Shown here: positions 29,596-40,000 of the stretch, one piece after another
Layout of the letters: every line of letters begins with the position of its first letter
Position numbering within the stretch: the stretch's first letter is position 1
Assembly (NCBI GenBank): GCA_965249555.1
Contig: OZ252243.1
Span: 2,048,001 to 2,112,000, forward strand
Length of the DNA: 64,000 bases
DNA from: Nitrosopumilus sp.
GTDB lineage: Archaea; Thermoproteota; Nitrososphaeria; Nitrososphaerales; Nitrosopumilaceae
Reading direction: 5' to 3'
Program-made: the position numbers and the translations under genes
Notes under the pieces: model-generated
Seen by the model: the letters and a program-made list of their open reading frames with translations, nothing else
What the model was told of the DNA's origin: nothing
Databases searched by the model: none

Positions 29596-30556
29596 TTTTC
29601 TCTATCATTTTAAGGTCTTTTTTAGCCTCATTTCCATCCATCGTCAGATATCCTGCAGTGATAATCCCATTTGCACCACTTTGAAGTAATTCTTCACCAG
29701 AATCATCAAGATTTGTTTCTCTTCCACCAGAAATTTTGATGACTGATTCTGGTAAGAGAAATCGGATCACAGAAAACATTCGAATAATCTCTGAATTAGA
29801 TAACTCTGTTTGCAATTCAAGTGGAGTTCCAGGCATTGGCACTAACATGTTAATTGTCACTTCTTCAGGGTATAGTCTGGATAATTCTAATGCTAACTCT
29901 CGTCTCTGTTCTCTTGTTTCTCCAAGTCCGATAATTCCCCCAGTGCATAACTCTAATCCTGCATCTCTTGCAATTTTTAATGTCTTTAACCTATCTTCAT
30001 ATGTATGCGTAGTACAAATTTCGGAAAATTTTGATTTTGCAGTCTCCAAATTATGGTTGTATCTTTTTACTTTGAGTTCTTTTAGCTTTTTTGCTTGTTC
30101 TTGTGTTAGAAAACCTAAACTACATTCTATAGTTATTCCAACTTTATCATTAACTTCAATAATTATTCTACATACTTTATCAAAATCTTTTGGTGATGGT
30201 TCTCTCCATGCTGCAACTAGACAATATGATTCGGCACCTTCATCTTTTGCTTTTTGAGCTTTTTCAACTATTTCTTCAGGTGTAGGTAATTGGTATGTTT
30301 CAATTCCTGTATCAAAAAAAGCAGATTGTCCACAAAATGTACAGTCTTCACTGCATGCATTTTTTTTAATATTGTTTAACTGCTCCACATCTACCCTATC
30401 TCCATTAAAATCCCTGGTGATCTCATTTGCATAACTTGCTAAATCTTTTAGATTTTCATCTGGAATATTAAATAATTTTTCAGCATCTTCTGATGATATT
30501 CCAATTCCAGAAAATACTTTTTCCTGACACTCTTTGATAAACTCTAGAGTATTCAC
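29579..30556 (-). CDS. bioB: Biotin synthase
   Basis: CSEDCTFCGQS radical SAM motif, YNHNLET, CTGGIIG; start uncertain. Confidence 0.96.
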   Translation of the reverse strand: MNTLEFIKECQEKVFSGIGISSEDAEKLFNIPDENLKDLASYANEITRDFNGDRVDVEQLNNIKKNACSEDCTFCGQSAFFDTGIETYQLPTPEEIVEKAQKAKDEGAESYCLVAAWREPSPKDFDKVCRIIIEVNDKVGITIECSLGFLTQEQAKKLKELKVKRYNHNLETAKSKFSEICTTHTYEDRLKTLKIARDAGLELCTGGIIGLGETREQRRELALELSRLYPEEVTINMLVPMPGTPLELQTELSNSEIIRMFSVIRFLLPESVIKISGGRETNLDDSGEELLQSGANGIITAGYLTMDGNEAKKDLKMIEKIGLKA

Positions 30557-30629
30557 AATTAACTTCAACAATTTTTCATTAATAACACTAGTGGAAAGGT
30601 TAACCTTTGTGGTTGTAGGGGGTTAACGG

Positions 30630-31946
30630 TTAAACTACCTTTGATTTTGCAGTCTGAATTGTTTTTATTGTCCTATTTAGGAGCAAATCCAGTTCTTTTT
30701 CTGAAATTGCCAGTGGTGGAACAAGCATGACGATGTTTCCTAGAGTTCTAAGATAGATTCCATTCTTTTTACCCTCTTCAAAAAATATCTTATTGATTGA
30801 TTTTTTAGGATGAATTGGAGTTTTTTTCTTTTTATTAGTCACTAATTCAATTCCCATCAACATTCCTTTGTGTCTAACATCTCCTACAATATCGATTTCT
30901 GAAATTTCTTGATAAAAATTTTCAAAGATTTTTGATGTTTTTTGAATCTTTTTGATCAAATTATTTTTTTTATACATTTTGAGATTTTCATTTGCAACCG
31001 CTGCTGCAATGGGATTTCCTGTGTATGTATGACCGTGAAATAGATGCTTCCAATCATTAAATTCACCTAAATACGAATCATAAATTTTTTTGTTTGTCAA
31101 GGTTGTAGCCATTGTTAGATATCCACCAGTTAACATTTTTCCATAAGCAACAATGTCTGGAATACTTTTTTGTTCTTCATACTGTATCATGGAACCTAAT
31201 CTTCCAAAACCAGTTGCTATTTCATCTAAAACAAATAATACATCATATTTTTTACAAATCTGGCTGATTTTTTTCTGAAATCCTTTTGGATAAATCATAA
31301 CGCCTCCTGCTACTTGTGCACCACTTTCCATTACAAAAGCTGCAATGTTACTACTTTTTGAGATTTTTTTTTCAATTTTTTCTAAACAATAGTTTTGATA
31401 ATCTAAAAAAGTAAATCCTTTGGGTATTCTGTATTTGTTAGGAACTGAAAATTGTATTGTTGAAAATAATTGTTTTTTAAATTTACCAAAAAATTCCGGT
31501 ACAAATCCTACTGACATTGCTCCAAATGTATCTCCATGATATCCATTTTTTAGTGTGGCAATCTCTGTTTTCTTTTCATTTCCAATGTTTTTCCAGTATT
31601 GTAATGCTAGTTTGATAGCAATCTCCATTGCAGTAGAACCATTATCAGAATAAAAGACTCTGTGCATTCCTGGAGATATTTTTACTAGACTTTCTGCAAG
31701 CCTCTCTGCAGGCTCATTTGTGAGATTAAACATGGAAGAATGCTGCAGTTTTTTACTCTGATTTGTAATGGCTTTCACTAATTCTGGATTAGAGTGTCCC
31801 CATACATTGCACCACATTGATGCTACTCCGTCAAGCATTTTGTTGCCTTTAGTATCAATTAACCACACTCCTTTCCCTTTGGTGATTGTATCAAACGAAT
31901 TCCATTCTTTCATCTGAGTGTTTGGGTGCCAAATAGAACTTTTCAA
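30630..31946 (-). CDS. bioA: DAPA aminotransferase
   Basis: WHPNTQM, YHGDT, DEIATGFGR, GKMLTGGY. Confidence 0.95.
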   Translation of the reverse strand: MKSSIWHPNTQMKEWNSFDTITKGKGVWLIDTKGNKMLDGVASMWCNVWGHSNPELVKAITNQSKKLQHSSMFNLTNEPAERLAESLVKISPGMHRVFYSDNGSTAMEIAIKLALQYWKNIGNEKKTEIATLKNGYHGDTFGAMSVGFVPEFFGKFKKQLFSTIQFSVPNKYRIPKGFTFLDYQNYCLEKIEKKISKSSNIAAFVMESGAQVAGGVMIYPKGFQKKISQICKKYDVLFVLDEIATGFGRLGSMIQYEEQKSIPDIVAYGKMLTGGYLTMATTLTNKKIYDSYLGEFNDWKHLFHGHTYTGNPIAAAVANENLKMYKKNNLIKKIQKTSKIFENFYQEISEIDIVGDVRHKGMLMGIELVTNKKKKTPIHPKKSINKIFFEEGKKNGIYLRTLGNIVMLVPPLAISEKELDLLLNRTIKTIQTAKSKVV

Positions 31947-32017
31947 CTGATTTTGTAAGATTACAGATCTTAATAATTAACCGATAAAGTTAATCAACTA
32001 AATATCCTGAATCTAAT

Positions 32018-32707
32018 TTGTTGAAATCACTCTTTGTTACTGGGACCGACACGGATGTTGGAAAAACCTACATCACTGCAGGTCTCGGAGCCGTAATTCG
32101 TAAAATGGGAATTGATGTAGGGGTAATGAAACCATTTGCAGCTGGGAGTGCTCAAAAAAAAGGGTACAAATCTAAAGATATTGTAATAATATCAAAGGCA
32201 GCCCAAGCATGTGATCCTGAAAATTTGGTAAACCCGCAATTTTTTCCAATTCCTGCATCTCCGTACACTGCATGGAAAAATTTGAAAACCAAACCAAAAA
32301 TATCTACAATATTGTCTAGTTTCAAAAAACTTTCAAAACTTCATGACATGATTCTTGTTGAAGGAATGGGGGGAATTATGACTCCAATTTTGAAAGACTA
32401 TTACATTACAAATCTAATCAAAGAAATGAAAATTCCTGCAGTTATTGTAACAAGAAGTAAAATTGGAACTGTTAACCATACAATTATGACCGTAAAAATG
32501 TGTAATGCATATAAAATTCCAATTAAAGGAATAATCATAAACGATTTTGATTCGGATGGTTATAAAATAAAAGAACTCACACGTGATTTCAAAAGTCTAA
32601 CTAAGGTGCCTGTTCTAGGATCGATCCCATTTATCAACAACTTTACTAATGCCTCATTGTATAAAATTTTCAAAAAAAATATTAATTTTAAGTTATTACT
32701 GCAATAA
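32018..32707 (+). CDS. bioD: Dethiobiotin synthase
   Basis: GTDTDVGKT, VEGMGG, GTVNHT. Confidence 0.95.
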   Translation: MLKSLFVTGTDTDVGKTYITAGLGAVIRKMGIDVGVMKPFAAGSAQKKGYKSKDIVIISKAAQACDPENLVNPQFFPIPASPYTAWKNLKTKPKISTILSSFKKLSKLHDMILVEGMGGIMTPILKDYYITNLIKEMKIPAVIVTRSKIGTVNHTIMTVKMCNAYKIPIKGIIINDFDSDGYKIKELTRDFKSLTKVPVLGSIPFINNFTNASLYKIFKKNINFKLLLQ

Positions 32708-32712
32708 TTTAT

Positions 32713-33264
32713 TTACACTCGTAAAATTTTGAATTTATTTGAGCCTCCAACATTACTAAATTGAGCAATCTCAAAGATAATTTTTGAAAATGAATTATTT
32801 TCTTTGGATAGCACAAAATATTTTTGATTTATAGAAACATTTTCTGATAAAACTACCCAAATGTTCTCTTTTTCAGGTTGTATTTTCTCTAACTGAGAAA
32901 TCTTCTCTTCAATGATATTCTTGTTTGATGATTTTGGAATACAAATTAACAGTGTTTTTTCAGGATCTTTTTCTAGTGTTTTAATGTCTGGAATTACGAT
33001 ATCTATTTCTGTTCCTTTATGTTCTACTTTTCTTTGACTGTTAATCAATGCATTAGTTAACAAATAATGCAACAATCCTGTTGCTAAAACCCCTACACTT
33101 TCATCTTTTTCTCCTAGTGTGATGATTTTATCATAACAATTTGCAATAACATCATCAATTATTTCTGAGAATTTTTTTTCAGAGATTAATTTTTGAATTG
33201 CCACTTCTGATTTTGACAGGTAATCAAAGAGATAATCTTTGATCGGATTTGGTTCTTCTTGCAT
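32713..33264 (-). CDS. Conserved hypothetical protein
   Basis: 183-aa ORF; EIDIVIP weakly suggests a PD-(D/E)XK-like fold. Confidence 0.65.
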   Translation of the reverse strand: MQEEPNPIKDYLFDYLSKSEVAIQKLISEKKFSEIIDDVIANCYDKIITLGEKDESVGVLATGLLHYLLTNALINSQRKVEHKGTEIDIVIPDIKTLEKDPEKTLLICIPKSSNKNIIEEKISQLEKIQPEKENIWVVLSENVSINQKYFVLSKENNSFSKIIFEIAQFSNVGGSNKFKILRV

Positions 33265-33467
33265 TATTTTGAAGTAATTGGATTCCTAATATGAATAATT
33301 AACATACCTGAAAGAAGATATACTTGATTATTGATATTCTAATCATGAAACCTCAAGATATTGCTAACATCTGTTATGGCCTTCTTGGCATGGGAATTGT
33401 TGCATATGCAGTAAATCATTTTGTAACTACATAGTGATTTAATTATTAAAATTGATTTTTAGATATA

Positions 33468-34862
33468 TTATTCATTAAAGACGTAACGTCTTTCACCTTT
33501 AGATTCTGTTTCAGTTTTTACATCTATTAGGACAAATTCTTTTTTTGTATGAACCATAGATTCAGCAATGTCTACTTTGTTTTCATGTAGTTTTTCGTAT
33601 TCGTCCCATGTCAGTCTTTTTCTATTTCCTATTTCTGATTCCAAGTTCATATTCTTTACAATTTCTTTGTATTCTGGTTGAATGACTCCACTGAATACCA
33701 TTGCACTAGCGCCACTACCATATGATCCAAATCCAACTCTTTTTCCTTCTAAATCAATTCCTTTTTGATATTCAAATTCTAAACTACTTCTAAATCCTAA
33801 ATATAATGATGCTGTATACAGATTTCCAATCATACTAGATGCAATAAGTGAACTTGCAAGTTTTGATTCATACACTTCTTGGAATTCAGGAGTTTTTGAA
33901 AACAATTTTGTAAATTCATGGTCTTTTGCCATAAAGTCTGCATCACTTAACACTGATTCAATGGTACCACGTGGGTCTTGTGGTACTGGTTCATCTAATC
34001 CTATTTCTTGCAAAATTGTCCTCCATCGTGGAAGTTGACGCCATTCATGTCTAACCATATATGCTAAGGCCTTTTTCCCCATGTTACTATATGGTAAGTG
34101 CATGTTGATGTAGTCCATATGATCTAAGATTGTTTCTCCAGGTTCTATTTTGATTAGTCCTGTTGAGACTGCCTTTTTCTTATAGGCATCAAGTGCTTTT
34201 CTTACTTGAATCATGTAAAGTAAATTAGAATATTGACCATGGACTATTGGTGTCTCTTTTCCAAAAGGTCTGTAAAAGTCATATTCATCTTTAATTGAAG
34301 TAGATGTGACTTTAGGATCAAACTCCATTAATCTTGGATTCTCATTGAGAAGCATGACCACTGCTCCTGCTCCTTGGGTCATCTCCCCACTAGAACCCAT
34401 GTCGTATTTTGCAATATCTGATACTATTACTAGTGCAGACTTTCCATCTGCTTCGTCCGCCCTAATCCAGTTTGTATTGTCATAAAGAGCATACGAACCA
34501 CTGACACAAGCAAATTTGGTCTCAATGCCTCCACAGTGCTCAAATGCACCTTGACCATAAACTTGCTCTAGCATTCCAATAACATAAGAGTTCATTGCCT
34601 TTGATTCATCAAATGCAGATTCAGTTGAAACATATAATCTTCCAATATCTTCTGGAGATAGTTTGTTTTTTTGCATAATTCTCAAGCATGCATTTGCTGC
34701 AAGACATGCCGGGTCTTGGTTAGCATCAACAATTGCCATTTGAGAAACTCCAAGACCTTTTTGTAATTTTACTGGGTCTAAACCTCTGGCTTCTGCAAAA
34801 TCAGCTGCATCGATATACAATCTAGGGATGTATATTGCAATATCGTCTATACCAGCTGCCAT
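33468..34862 (-). CDS. Hydroxymethylglutaryl-CoA synthase
   Basis: TES..DESK, KFAC, TQGAGA, DFYRP, GNLYTAS, SYGSG. Confidence 0.93.
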   Translation of the reverse strand: MAAGIDDIAIYIPRLYIDAADFAEARGLDPVKLQKGLGVSQMAIVDANQDPACLAANACLRIMQKNKLSPEDIGRLYVSTESAFDESKAMNSYVIGMLEQVYGQGAFEHCGGIETKFACVSGSYALYDNTNWIRADEADGKSALVIVSDIAKYDMGSSGEMTQGAGAVVMLLNENPRLMEFDPKVTSTSIKDEYDFYRPFGKETPIVHGQYSNLLYMIQVRKALDAYKKKAVSTGLIKIEPGETILDHMDYINMHLPYSNMGKKALAYMVRHEWRQLPRWRTILQEIGLDEPVPQDPRGTIESVLSDADFMAKDHEFTKLFSKTPEFQEVYESKLASSLIASSMIGNLYTASLYLGFRSSLEFEYQKGIDLEGKRVGFGSYGSGASAMVFSGVIQPEYKEIVKNMNLESEIGNRKRLTWDEYEKLHENKVDIAESMVHTKKEFVLIDVKTETESKGERRYVFNE

Positions 34863-34974
34863 AAGCTTGGCTCCGATGGTTCACTAATAAGGATATCCTG
34901 TTAATTCTATCTAACTAGGAAATGAAGTTTTAGCAGTTTCTTGTTCTTTTTTTGCTATTTGATCGCTAATTTTT

Positions 34975-35679
34975 TTATTTTTTTAGTTCTATTTCAAAAA
35001 TCTTTTCAAATGTCTCAAATGGCTGTGCTCCAAAAACTCGTGTAGTCTTACCATCAGGACCAATGACAAAAAATGCTGGTGTTCCTGTTATGCCGAGATT
35101 TTTTGCATCTTCATTACTTGCAAGAATCGTTTGTGAATGATGTTCATTTGTCACACATTCAGACCATTCATCCATGTCTAAACCAATCTCTTGAGCAAAC
35201 TTTACAAGGTTTTCAGAAGATGCCCATCCATTGTTTTCTCCAGTCCAATTTGAATACAAAATATCGTGATATTCCCAAAACAATCCCTGATCATTTGCAC
35301 AATGTGCGCCGTGTGATGCTCTTATCGAGTCAGGTCCAATTATGTTGTAATCTTTGAAAATCATTTTGACTTTTCCTGTTTCTACATAGTTTTTCAAAAT
35401 ATCATCTTCAGTTGAATGAAAGAAAACATTACAGAAATGACATTGATAATCTCCAAACTCCACTAAAGTGACTGGTGCATTGGGATCTCCCAGCATGGGT
35501 GAGCCATTTGCTAAAAATGTCTCCATGGTAATTTTTGCTGGTCCAAATTCTTGAATGGTTGGAGCTGGTTCTATTACAAGTTCTGTCTCATTTGAAATTC
35601 CATCAAACCCAATAAATGTTATAATTATTAGTATTGATGCAATTGTAGCACCTATTGCAAGAGATGGACCATGAATCAA
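34975..35679 (-). CDS. DsbA-family thioredoxin-fold protein
   Basis: EFGDYQCHFC, GTPAF, GAQP. Confidence 0.9.
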   Translation of the reverse strand: MIHGPSLAIGATIASILIIITFIGFDGISNETELVIEPAPTIQEFGPAKITMETFLANGSPMLGDPNAPVTLVEFGDYQCHFCNVFFHSTEDDILKNYVETGKVKMIFKDYNIIGPDSIRASHGAHCANDQGLFWEYHDILYSNWTGENNGWASSENLVKFAQEIGLDMDEWSECVTNEHHSQTILASNEDAKNLGITGTPAFFVIGPDGKTTRVFGAQPFETFEKIFEIELKK

Positions 35680-35728
35680 TGAATATTAATTTTTTTTTAG
35701 TACATTTAGTCTTTTGTACTATAAACTA

Positions 35729-36061
35729 TTAATCAATAACTGATGTAGTCAAACTAACTATCTGTAATATTTTTGATGCTTTCGAATTTTCATTCTCTGC
35801 ATTTATGGTTACAGTAAATTCTCCTATAGTATATCTTGGAACAAAAAATTCAATTTCAAGTAATCCGTTATCATTAGTAATTCCATCTACAGAATAAAAT
35901 TCTTGATTTTCATCACCTATCACTAAAACTTTGATATTGGTATTTGGAATTAACCCATAATTTTGATAAAAATCATTTAATTTGTTTTGCTCTGTATCGT
36001 AAATTTTAACATCTATACGTGCAAAATTATTTTCATAAATTTTTTGTGTGTATTGAACTAC
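35729..36061 (-). pseudogene. 3' remnant of an Ig-fold-like exported protein
   Basis: Frame open from about 36061 with no start; joined to an unrelated fragment. Confidence 0.55.
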
Positions 36062-36064
36062 AAA

Positions 36065-36231
36065 TCAAATACCTTTCTAACAATTTGGATTCCGACTACA
36101 TATTCTAATGCTTGACACCATGTAATCCATTTTTTTTATTTCGAACCTTTATGTTTCCAGCTACTATGTTTTTTTCACTTTCAAAAATTTTAACAATTTC
36201 TGTTAATGAATTTTTGGATGCTAATGTATCT
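36065..36231 (-). pseudogene. Internal fragment of a family 2 glycosyltransferase
   Basis: Manual translation ...VAGNIKVRNKKKWITWCQALEYVVGIQIVRK. Confidence 0.6.
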
Positions 36232-36232
36232 G

Positions 36233-37030
36233 GGCACAAATCAGACATCAAAAAGAATCACTTACCAATTGCAGGAATTGACACAAATGCCAAGTGGGGA
36301 TTCTCCAAATCAAGGGGTTGGGTGTATGGATACAAACTACACATGAGTTGCAGTACAGGAAAGACTAGTTGTTCCATTATCTGCCATGTGTAACTACTGC
36401 AAATGTTCATGATAGCAAGCCATATGAAAAATTGATTGGGTCACTTTCTGGATTGATGAATAACATATGGTGTGATCCGGCATATGATGATTCCAAACCA
36501 TACGAGTCAACTAAGAACTTAGCAAGTCTGCCAATACGTCTGAATCAAGTTTGTCGTTTTTGAGCTTTGCCTGTGCAATTATCTTGGTCTTTGCAGGATG
36601 TGCAAGAATTGTATCAATTCCATGGTCCTCTAGTGTGTCATGTAGTCTGATCCAATAGTTTGCAGTTGATTCGCACATTGCCTGTATGTCATTACCATAT
36701 GTCTTTTTGATATGTTTGATAAAACCCATTATTCCATTTGTGGTATTATCAAAGCTTGTCTGCTCTAGATTCTTTCTGGATTCCTATTTTGTTGCAACAC
36801 ATTTTATTTTGTAGACATTAATTCCTATGCTGATCATACCATCACCTCCTTTTTGATCAAATTGCCTGATCTAGCGGAATGCTCCCATTTGCCATCTATG
36901 TGGTATTTTGTTTTCCGCTCACTTTGAGTTAGTCTGTGTAACGCCCTTGTACATGGCAGTAACCATTCAACTCTCAGGCCCAACAGTAGGTATACATCAC
37001 AAGATATGAAAAAGATTTCGTATAACGTCT
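36233..37030 (-). mobile_element. Chimera: IS110 family B left end and transposase 5' fragment (36511-36837) fused to an opposite-strand IS982/IS5-like fragment
   Basis: Inverted near-duplicate of 44217 to about 44990 with the same junction. Confidence 0.85.
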
Positions 37031-37058
37031 ATAAAGTTATAGTGATGTAGAAATAATT

Positions 37059-40000
37059 TTACGGGGTTGAATCGGTGACAACTCTTACAAAGTTAGAATG
37101 CTCAGAATGGATAAAATCATTGATGGCTATGACACGAAAGACATAGGCAGTGTCAGGTGACAGATGCTCAACAACATGTGTAGTATCAGAGCTTCCAGTA
37201 TCAAAAATACAAATGTACAGATCATCTCTGCACAAAATAGTGTATCCGGTTGCTCTATCATCATTAGTATCATCCCAGCTTAGCGTGACAGAGTTATGGG
37301 TTGTACCAGTAACTAGAAGATTGGTAGGTGCAAGTAGAGTGGTACTAATCTGTACATAGTTAGACTGCGGGGACTCCTCAATGCCATTGATAGATATTAC
37401 ACGAAAGACATAGACAGCTCCTGATAGCAGGTTCTCAACAACATGTGTGGTATCAGTGCTTGCAGTATCCTCAACGCATGGCTGCAATGCATCTCCAGTA
37501 GATATGTCTCTGCACAGAATCTTGTATCCCGTTATGGAGTCATCATCAGTATCATCCCAGCTTAGCGTGACAGAGTTAATAGTTGTACCAGTAACTAGGA
37601 GATTTGTAGGGGCATGCGAAGTGGTAGGGGCATGCGAAGTGGTAGGGGCATGCGAAGTGGCAGTACCAAACCTTACAAAGTTAGAATGGGGGGATTGGCC
37701 AGTATCATTGATAGCTATGACACGAAAGACATAGACAGCTTCAGATGACAGGTTCTCAACAACATGTGTAGTATCAGAGCTTGCAGTATCCTCAACGCAT
37801 GGCTGCAATGCATCTCCAGTCGATATGTCTCTGCACAGAATCTTGTATCCCATTATTGAATCATCATCAGTATCATCCCAGCTTAGTGTGACAGAGTTGG
37901 TATTTGCACCAGTAACTAAAAGACGAGTGGGGGTAGAAGGAAGAACAGGAGGGGATGAAACACTAACAGATACAGTAAAACTTGTACTAGCTGAATTTCC
38001 AGAATCATCAGTAGCAGTACAGGTTACGATGGTAGTGCCAATGAAAAATGAATGGTCAGATGCATAGTCACAAGTGATAGTTACTGGGAAGATATCAGTA
38101 GCAACTGGTTCATTAAAATTTACAATAGCTGATGTACTGGCAGTTGAGATGGCAATGTCTGCAGGTGTAACAAATACGGGCTTTGTCGTATCATGAATTG
38201 TTACCATTTGGGCTGCACTTGATCTATTATTACCAGAGTCTGTCGCATACCATATCACTATGGTATCACCTAATGGGAAGGAATTTGGCGCATCATTTGT
38301 GATTATTGGATTTCTATCCACAGAATCAATAGATGTTGCCTGGCCAAGTTGAGACGAAGATACCCTGGTAAGTACATCAGTGGATTCCAATGTAACATCA
38401 GATGGCGCAGTGATGGTTGGCGCAGTCGTATCCTGGACTGTTATTGTATTTGCAGTTGTTGCAGTATTTCCATTAGAGTCAACTAGCGTCCAGTTAATTA
38501 CAGTATCACCTAGTGGGAACTGCATTGGTGCATCATTTGTGATTGTGACAGTAAAGTGATCAGTTGCAGAAGGAGTGCCATAGTCACTTTGAGATAGCGG
38601 TGTTGATAGTCCTGTTGCTTCAAATGTCATATCTTGTAGTATTATGAACTGTGGCGGGATTGTATCTGCAATTATTATATCTTGAGATGTACTAGCTGGA
38701 TTTCCCGAGGTGTCAATTGCGGTCCACGTTACTGTAGTGGTACCTAGTGGGAACTGCATTGGCACATCATTTGTGATAGTTGTTGGAAAGATGTCAGTTA
38801 CTGTAGGGTTTGATAAAGTCAGAACGGTAAAGTCAGACATTGCCTCTATTGTAATATTGCTTAAACTGCTAATTATTGGTGCAGTGGTATCTTGGATTGT
38901 AATTCTTTGTACAGCACTAGATTGATTGTCAGAATCATCAGTTGCAGTCCACGTAACTAGAGTAGTGCCAAGTGGGAATGTACTTGGAGCATTATTTGTT
39001 ATGTCGGGTTCTGCATCTCTGTTATCAGTAGCTGTTGCTTGACCTAACTGAGATGCACTAATTGGTGTGAGTTGTGATGTTGCTTCAAATGTTTTATCAC
39101 CAGGTAGAGTAATTACAGGATTTACATCATCAGAAGATAAAGTGACTGTAACATCAAATGATATGGTTGCAGGATTACCAGCACTGTCAGTTGCAGTACA
39201 GGTTACGATGGTAGTGCCAATGAAAAATGAATGGTCAGATGCATAGTCACAAGTGATAGTTACTGGGAAGATATCAGTAGCAACTGGTTCATTAAAATTT
39301 ACAATAGCTGATGTACTGTCAGTTGAGATGGCAATGTCTGCAGGTGTAACAAATACGGGCTTTGTCGTATCTTGTATTGTTACCATTTGGGTTGCACTTG
39401 ATCTATTATTACTAGAGTCTGTCGCATACCATATCACTATGGTATCGCCTAATGGGAAGGAATTTGGCGCATCATGTGTGATTATTGGATTTCTATCCAC
39501 AGAATCAATAGATGTTGCCTGGCCAAGTTGAGACGAAGATACCCTGGTAAGTACATCAGTGGATTCCAATGTAACATCAGATGGTGCAGTGATGGTTGGT
39601 GCAGTCGTATCCTGGACTGTTATTGTATTTGCAGTTGTTGCAGTATTTCCATTAGAGTCAACTAGCGTCCAGTTAATTACAGTATCACCTAGTGGGAACA
39701 GTTCAGGTGCATCATTTGTGATTGTGACTGTAAAGTGATCAGTTGCAGAAGGAGTGCCATAGTCACTTTGAGATAGCGGTGTTGATAGTCCTGTGGCTTC
39801 AAATGTCATATCCTGCAGTATTATGAACTGTGGCGGGATTGTATCTGCAATTATTATATCTTGAGATGTACTAGCTGGATTTCCCGAGGTGTCAACTGCG
39901 GTCCACGTTACTGTAGTGGTACCTAGTGGGAACTGCATTGGCACATCATTTGTGATAGTTGTTGGAAAGATGTCAGTTACTGTAGGGTTTGATAAAGTCA

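Noticed and set aside
28465-32707. bioFBAD cluster as a novelty in an archaeon
   Set aside because: Biotin synthesis genes are expected in Nitrosopumilus-like archaea, which use biotin-dependent carboxylases
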